In this document: positions 5,216-10,143 of the stretch, piece after piece
Layout: each line of letters starts with the position of its first letter
Numbering within the stretch: position 1 is the stretch's first letter
NCBI GenBank assembly: GCA_029856365.1
Contig: JAHQWW010000132.1
Coordinates: forward strand, 1-10,143
Length of the DNA stretch: 10,143 nucleotides
Source: Candidatus Hodarchaeota archaeon
GTDB lineage: Archaea; Asgardarchaeota; Heimdallarchaeia; Hodarchaeales; Hodarchaeaceae
Direction: 5' to 3'
Program-made: the position numbers and the translations under genes
The notes under the pieces: generated by a model
What the model saw: only the letters and a program-made list of their open reading frames with translations
What the model was told of the DNA's origin: nothing
The model's database searches: none

Positions 5216-6970
5216 ATGGCGTTTTTTTCTCGTGATCTTGAAAAAAAACTGAACACCATTCAAGAAATTCATTCTGATAAGCGTATTAACCTATCAGGTG
5301 CTATAAAGGAAACTTTGAGAACACAAATGAAGCTACATTTCGCTTGTATAAGTGCATTACCTTATTCCTCCGTCAGGGAAATTATCAGACAAGTTGTAGA
5401 TCATAATTCCCAATTTGAAGTAATATCACTCGGTTCAGCTAGTCAAATTCAGATGCTTGTCGCTGAAGGATTAGTATCAAAGTTAGTAACAAGCTATGTG
5501 GGGGACGTTTATCCAAGGCCAGGGATCTCACCTGTCTTTCAACGTGCTGTTGATAATGGTCTTGAGATTGAACAGTGGTCATTATTGGTTTTCTCTCTTC
5601 GTTTATACGCTGGTGCTCTTGGGTTAAAATTCATTCCAACCACATCTCTCATTGGAAGTACGATGACAACTGATAATCAAGATTCTTTCATAACCATTCC
5701 TAATCCTTTTAATTCTACTCAAGAGGTTGCAATTGTAAAGGAACTGGTTCCTGATATTAGTTTCCTCCATGTTTGGGCTGCTGATCAATCGGGAAACGCT
5801 GTTATTTTTCCCCCATATAGTGAAAACCTCTGGGGTTGTTTTGCAAGTAAGAAAGTTGTGCTTACAACAGAAAAAATAGTAACTACTAACACCATCAGAG
5901 AATTAGCCAATACCTATCAATGTCTCACACTGCCCGGTGGAATTGTAGACTTTGTGTCTGAATCACCATGGGGTGCACATCCTGGATCTCATTACGGCCC
6001 AAGGGGAGCTGGTTATGATGTAGATCTCGATCATTTGATTAACTTTAGAGAATCAGCAAAAGACCCTGAAAAAATGCTTTCTTGGATGAAAGAGTGGGTT
6101 CTTGACACAAATTCAGAATCTTACTTACAAAAAATAGGCCTAGAGCGTTTAACCGCAAATTGTAGACGTTTGGATGAATCTTACTGGAAATGGGTTATCA
6201 TGGATAAGAAATCCATTATCCAAACAGGTCATCCTGCTACTCCCGTTGAGAATATGATTTGGGTAACAACTGAGATTATAAAAAACCAAGTTCATGAGAG
6301 AGGATATTCGACGATACTAGCAGGTCAGGGAGCTTCCAATCTTGCAGCATGGCTAGCAGCATACTCACTCCATGAGACTGGTCAAGACATCAATCTTCTT
6401 GCAGAAGTGGGTTTTTATGGATATCAACCTAAACCTGCAAGCCCTTACATCTTTGAATTCAATAATCTTCGTACCTCGACTGCAATTGTTGATTCTATTG
6501 TATCCTTGGGGCCATTATTACGAAAAACAAAGAGTCTTGGAGTACTTGGTGCCGGTCAAATCGATCAATATGGTAATATCAATTCTACTAGGGTTGATTC
6601 TTTCATTTTATTTGGATCTGGGGGTGCCAATGATGTGGGATTAAATGCTAATGAAATCATCGTGCTCCTTCCTCTTAAAGCTGGAAGGTTTCCTATTGAA
6701 GTACCTTATATCACGGTCCCAGGTAATAATGTTTCAATATGTGTAACAACCGAGGGGATTTTTGAGAAGGCTAACCATGGGACATTTATATTAACTGGAT
6801 ATATTGGAGATGTTTCAAACGAAGCTCAAATAATTGATAATATCAGAGAAATAATCAACTGGGAATTGGAAATAAGAAGGCCTCTAAAGCAGTTCACATC
6901 CCCCTCAGTGGATTGGTTGCAGTTTTTGAGATCTTTTGATCCAGATAGATACTTCTTAGGTCGTTTTTAG
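5216..6970 (+). CDS. Fused alpha+beta family I CoA-transferase, glutaconate CoA-transferase (GctAB)-like
   Basis: Alpha half: YAGALGLKFIPT.SLIGS, PDISFLHVWAADQSGNA, LTTEKIV, PWGAHP..HY..GYDVD. Beta half: ILAGQG, LLAEVG (putative catalytic Glu, codon 6404-6406), LGAGQIDQYGNINST, GSGGAND, VPYITVPG. ATG 5216 is preferred over GTG 5207 because AGGTGG (5205-5210) is an SD-like site. Substrate unknown. Confidence 0.85.
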   Translation: MAFFSRDLEKKLNTIQEIHSDKRINLSGAIKETLRTQMKLHFACISALPYSSVREIIRQVVDHNSQFEVISLGSASQIQMLVAEGLVSKLVTSYVGDVYPRPGISPVFQRAVDNGLEIEQWSLLVFSLRLYAGALGLKFIPTTSLIGSTMTTDNQDSFITIPNPFNSTQEVAIVKELVPDISFLHVWAADQSGNAVIFPPYSENLWGCFASKKVVLTTEKIVTTNTIRELANTYQCLTLPGGIVDFVSESPWGAHPGSHYGPRGAGYDVDLDHLINFRESAKDPEKMLSWMKEWVLDTNSESYLQKIGLERLTANCRRLDESYWKWVIMDKKSIIQTGHPATPVENMIWVTTEIIKNQVHERGYSTILAGQGASNLAAWLAAYSLHETGQDINLLAEVGFYGYQPKPASPYIFEFNNLRTSTAIVDSIVSLGPLLRKTKSLGVLGAGQIDQYGNINSTRVDSFILFGSGGANDVGLNANEIIVLLPLKAGRFPIEVPYITVPGNNVSICVTTEGIFEKANHGTFILTGYIGDVSNEAQIIDNIREIINWELEIRRPLKQFTSPSVDWLQFLRSFDPDRYFLGRF

Positions 6971-7032
6971 AAATAAAAGGAAAAATAATCACTAGAGATG
7001 TTCAGAAAAACAGAGTTTTATATTCTTTAGAT

Positions 7033-7065
7033 AAAAAAACGTTGGAATTGGAAAGTTTCCAACGC
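7033..7065 (-). terminator. Intrinsic-type terminator for the FAD-linked oxidoreductase (possibly bidirectional)
   Basis: Perfect arms CGTTGGAA (7040-7047) and TTCCAACG (7057-7064). On the - strand the hairpin is followed by U7 (complement of A7033-7039) and begins about 24 nt after the stop codon. Confidence 0.7.
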
Positions 7066-7088
7066 TTTAACATTATTAGAAATGGATA

Positions 7089-10055
7089 TTAGAGTTTCTC
7101 TAAACCGTAGGCATCACGAAGAACTTGAGTAGGATGATAAATCTCTTTATCAACATTTAGAAGTTGTAGCTTACATGTTGGACAATCAGTAATCAAAACG
7201 TCGATATCATCTCTCTTTGCTTCAGGGTATAAAGATCTTTCAGCAATCATTTGACTGTACTTATAGTTCTTCGATTTAAAACCCCAAGAACCAATTTGAC
7301 CACAACATTCTGTATTCAACGATTTAAAATCGATAATTTCTAAGTTTTTGAAAAGTTTGACTGAAATCCCTTTGTTTTCAGTGCTTATAAGATGGCAAGG
7401 TTCATGATATCCAAAACTAAGGTCTTTTATTGTTTTTCTATTGAAATCTGTATTTAAGTTATCTTCCTCTAGTAACTTTAGAATATATTCAGAGAAAAAA
7501 TATGTATTATCTTTTACTAGCTTTGCTTCATCGTTATGAACAAGAGTTTCATAGAGTTGATCTTTCAGAGTGGCGTAGCAAGAACTGCATTGAGTGACAA
7601 TATCATATCCTTGTTTTACATATTCTGCGAAAATCTCTGTATTTTTCTCTCCATTCTTTCTAGCTACATGACCTAGACCATTCGCAAGGAGTGGTATGCC
7701 ACAACAAACTTGTTTATTAGGGATTACAACCTCAATATTGTTTTTCTCAAGAACCTGAACCTCTGCAACGGCAATATCTGTGTTTTCGGTATAATTAGCA
7801 AAACATCCATGGAAAAGTGCGACCTTCCTTGTTGGATTCTCTGGAGGAGGATTCGTCTTTCGATAATTTTTGAACCACTTTTGGAAAGTATTACGACGAA
7901 ACTTTGGGAAATTGGCCTTATGATGAACTCCAGCAAAAAGTTGCATGAAATATTTATTCGGGCCCCACAAACCAATATTTGATAAAGGAGAGAAAGCACT
8001 GCCTAATTTTGCTATTAATCCATAATTACCTGTGAAATAATTACTTCTTGGTATTTTTCCAATGAACGGCCATTTTGACTTCTTATAATGTATCGTTTTT
8101 ACGTCGAACATAGCTTTGGGAATATTAACTCCTGAAGGACAGTCAACTGTGCACATCATGCATCCTGCACAGTCTTCTATTATTTCTCCAGCTTGTTTAG
8201 AATGAAGGATGTTATAATCTAATTGTCCTGATATTATACCTCTCATCAAGTTTGCTCTTGCTCTTGGTGAGGATAGCTCTCCTCTGTCATCTCTTTTCAC
8301 ACGGTAGACTGGACAATCTCTTTGGGGAAATAAATCCACTGTGCACTTCCCGCATCCATGACATTGTTCAACGACATCCTTCCACCCCCATTCTGGCTCC
8401 CAATAAAGATTTTGTTCGATATCAATCGTTGAATACTCTCTTCCAAAGCGAAGATTGTTCACTATACGGTGTTCTTTATCAGTAAGCTTTTTATCAGGAT
8501 TTAGAATATTCTTAGGATCGTATAGTGCTTTTATTTGTTTAAAGTTCTCATAAAGCTCTTCCCCATACAATTCTTTAACGAAGTTTATTCTCATCATTCC
8601 CTCATTATGTTCACCTGAAATTGATCCCCCAACTTTGATAACATATGAATTTACTTCTTCCGCGATTTTTTCTACAATTTCTAGATCTTTTGGATCTTTT
8701 GTATTTATGAATGGTCGTGTATGAATGAGTCCTTTAGATGCGTGACCATAAATTGCTGCTTTAATTCCATATTTAGGAAAAACGTCCTCTCGTAAATGCA
8801 CCATATAATTTCCTAGATATTCAAGGGGAACTGTTTGATCTTCTACAAAGGCCATGATTCGACGAGGTTCCCGAACTCGTTGAAGTAGTGGTACTGCGTT
8901 ATGTCTAGCATACCATAGTTCAGCTTGCTCTGCAGGATTATCAGAATATCTCATGTCTTTGGCAAGTTTTTCTTGCTCGATAATCAATTTTCTAGTTTTT
9001 TCAACTTTCTCTGCCCGAATCTTTTCGTCTTGCTCATCAAACTCTACATACAGAATATTATCGACACCTTCAGGGATAAACTTCTTTAATGCAGGATTCA
9101 TTTCGATTCCGATTTTTATTACACTTTTCCCTAGAATTTCGATCGCTGCTGCTCCTATATTGTTGACAATTAAGTCTACAGCTCTTCCTGAATCAGCAAG
9201 ATTGTCAAAATCCATCACAATTAGGGTTTTATCGGTTGGTTTGTCGATGAATTTAAGTTTTGCTTCTATAACGACTCCTAATGTTCCTTCTGATCCCAAA
9301 AACATATAAGACAAGTCAATCTTATTGCCTTGTATTAAATCTTTTAAATTGTAACCACTAACATTCATTTTAACCTTGGGCCACTTCTTTGAAATGATAT
9401 TTTGTACCTCTGGATTATTAACCATTTCTACTGCCGATTTATAAAGCTTAGCTTCCAATGTATCGGCAGCAGTGATTTTTTTGTATTCTTCCGAACCAAT
9501 TTCAATAGGACGAGTTCTTATTTCCTCTCCATTACTTAGAATCACAGTCAGCTCTTCTACAAAATCCGCCATGTATCCATATTTTACAGCATGAGATCCT
9601 GAGGAATTTGTTCCAATATTACCTCCAATTGTAGAATATTTTTCTGAAGAATTATCTATATACACAATTTTTCCTATCTTTGCCAGTTCGTGATTTAAAT
9701 TTCCCATAATGGCGCCTGTTTGAACAATTGCGTACGATTCTTCTTCATTTATTTCTATAATTTGGTTCATATGATCTCTAATAGTTAATACAATTCCTGG
9801 ACCTAAACATGCCCCACCCAACCCAGATCCCCCTCCTCTAGGATGGATAGGAATACATCTGTCGTGAGCGTATTCTATAACCGCTTTAACGTCTTCTTTA
9901 TCTTTCGGACGGACAACACAAGAAGGAACAATCCTATAAACACTAGCATCAGTACTATAGAAGTTGCGCGTTATATCGTCAATCGCTATTTCCCCTTTTA
10001 TTCTCTCATCCAGTTCGTTCTTAATTATTTTTGGTTCGAGCTTTACATCTGACAT
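7089..10055 (-). CDS. FAD-binding and (Fe-S)-binding 2-hydroxyacid dehydrogenase-like fusion (GlcD-type FAD oxidase + 2x[4Fe-4S] + 2x CCG; YdiJ-like architecture)
   Basis: FAD_binding_4 motifs YSTDASVY, PRGGGSGLGG, TIGGNIGTNSSG.HAVKYG and GSEGTLG. FAD-oxidase C-terminal motifs FVED..VP, YGHASKGLIHTRP, SGEHNEG and DPKNILNP. Ferredoxin-type CHGCGKC..CP and CAGCMMCTVDCP. CCG domains FHGC..VCCG..CSSC and YHEPCH..ECCG..DCPTC. Confidence 0.9.
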   Translation of the reverse strand: MSDVKLEPKIIKNELDERIKGEIAIDDITRNFYSTDASVYRIVPSCVVRPKDKEDVKAVIEYAHDRCIPIHPRGGGSGLGGACLGPGIVLTIRDHMNQIIEINEEESYAIVQTGAIMGNLNHELAKIGKIVYIDNSSEKYSTIGGNIGTNSSGSHAVKYGYMADFVEELTVILSNGEEIRTRPIEIGSEEYKKITAADTLEAKLYKSAVEMVNNPEVQNIISKKWPKVKMNVSGYNLKDLIQGNKIDLSYMFLGSEGTLGVVIEAKLKFIDKPTDKTLIVMDFDNLADSGRAVDLIVNNIGAAAIEILGKSVIKIGIEMNPALKKFIPEGVDNILYVEFDEQDEKIRAEKVEKTRKLIIEQEKLAKDMRYSDNPAEQAELWYARHNAVPLLQRVREPRRIMAFVEDQTVPLEYLGNYMVHLREDVFPKYGIKAAIYGHASKGLIHTRPFINTKDPKDLEIVEKIAEEVNSYVIKVGGSISGEHNEGMMRINFVKELYGEELYENFKQIKALYDPKNILNPDKKLTDKEHRIVNNLRFGREYSTIDIEQNLYWEPEWGWKDVVEQCHGCGKCTVDLFPQRDCPVYRVKRDDRGELSSPRARANLMRGIISGQLDYNILHSKQAGEIIEDCAGCMMCTVDCPSGVNIPKAMFDVKTIHYKKSKWPFIGKIPRSNYFTGNYGLIAKLGSAFSPLSNIGLWGPNKYFMQLFAGVHHKANFPKFRRNTFQKWFKNYRKTNPPPENPTRKVALFHGCFANYTENTDIAVAEVQVLEKNNIEVVIPNKQVCCGIPLLANGLGHVARKNGEKNTEIFAEYVKQGYDIVTQCSSCYATLKDQLYETLVHNDEAKLVKDNTYFFSEYILKLLEEDNLNTDFNRKTIKDLSFGYHEPCHLISTENKGISVKLFKNLEIIDFKSLNTECCGQIGSWGFKSKNYKYSQMIAERSLYPEAKRDDIDVLITDCPTCKLQLLNVDKEIYHPTQVLRDAYGLEKL

Positions 10056-10143
10056 ACTTTCACTTTCTCTTTAAATGAAAATATCTTTGATTTGTAATTT
10101 TATCAACACATTTACAATTGTTTAATCTTTCTTAAAACTTTCC

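Noticed and set aside
661-6970. Stop-codon recoding (Sec/Pyl) at the TAG/TGA stops of sdhB, fumB, sucD and the CoA-transferase
   Set aside because: Each protein ends at the length expected for its family, and each stop is followed by intergenic or terminator-like sequence.
6372-10052. Shadow ORFs within the CoA-transferase and the FAD oxidoreductase (6372-6644, 7710-7982, 7724-7999, 8252-8485, 8953-9309, 9843-10052)
   Set aside because: They are fully nested in long conserved CDSs and have no independent evidence.
7089-10055. Heterodisulfide reductase or anaerobic glycerol-3-phosphate dehydrogenase (glpC) call
   Set aside because: The CCG and Fe-S domains are shared with HdrD/GlpC/GlcF, but the N-terminal GlcD-type FAD oxidase domain marks it as a 2-hydroxyacid dehydrogenase-like fusion. 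No glpAB or hdrAE genes are in the window.

Overview
AT-rich (roughly 35-38% GC by eye), gene-dense central-metabolism locus that is most likely archaeal. This rests on the split alpha/beta class I fumarase with archaeal-type 'GQPCPP' and 'HRHPASLP..QCWAARR' motifs, GGAGG/AGGTG Shine-Dalgarno sites and pyrimidine/U-tract 3' ends; an Asgard-like origin is only a guess. On the + strand are a 5'-truncated succinate dehydrogenase/fumarate reductase Fe-S subunit (sdhB/frdB), fumarate hydratase alpha and beta subunits, and succinyl-CoA synthetase beta and alpha (sucC, sucD). These are followed by a 170-aa orphan with two CPxC motifs (-), a fused alpha+beta family I CoA-transferase of the glutaconate CoA-transferase type (+), and a convergent 988-aa FAD-linked oxidase/Fe-S/CCG-domain fusion of the YdiJ/GlcD+GlpC type (-). 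I saw no mobile elements, CRISPR arrays or RNA genes. The most notable observations are: (i) sucC appears to initiate at a non-canonical ATT codon placed optimally behind a GGAGGT Shine-Dalgarno; (ii) SucCD carries substitutions in normally well-conserved motifs; (iii) the Gct-like CoA-transferase and the YdiJ-like 2-hydroxyacid dehydrogenase next to the C4 branch of the TCA cycle may form an uncharacterised hydroxy-/dicarboxylate utilisation module, with a Zn-binding orphan transcribed divergently from it.
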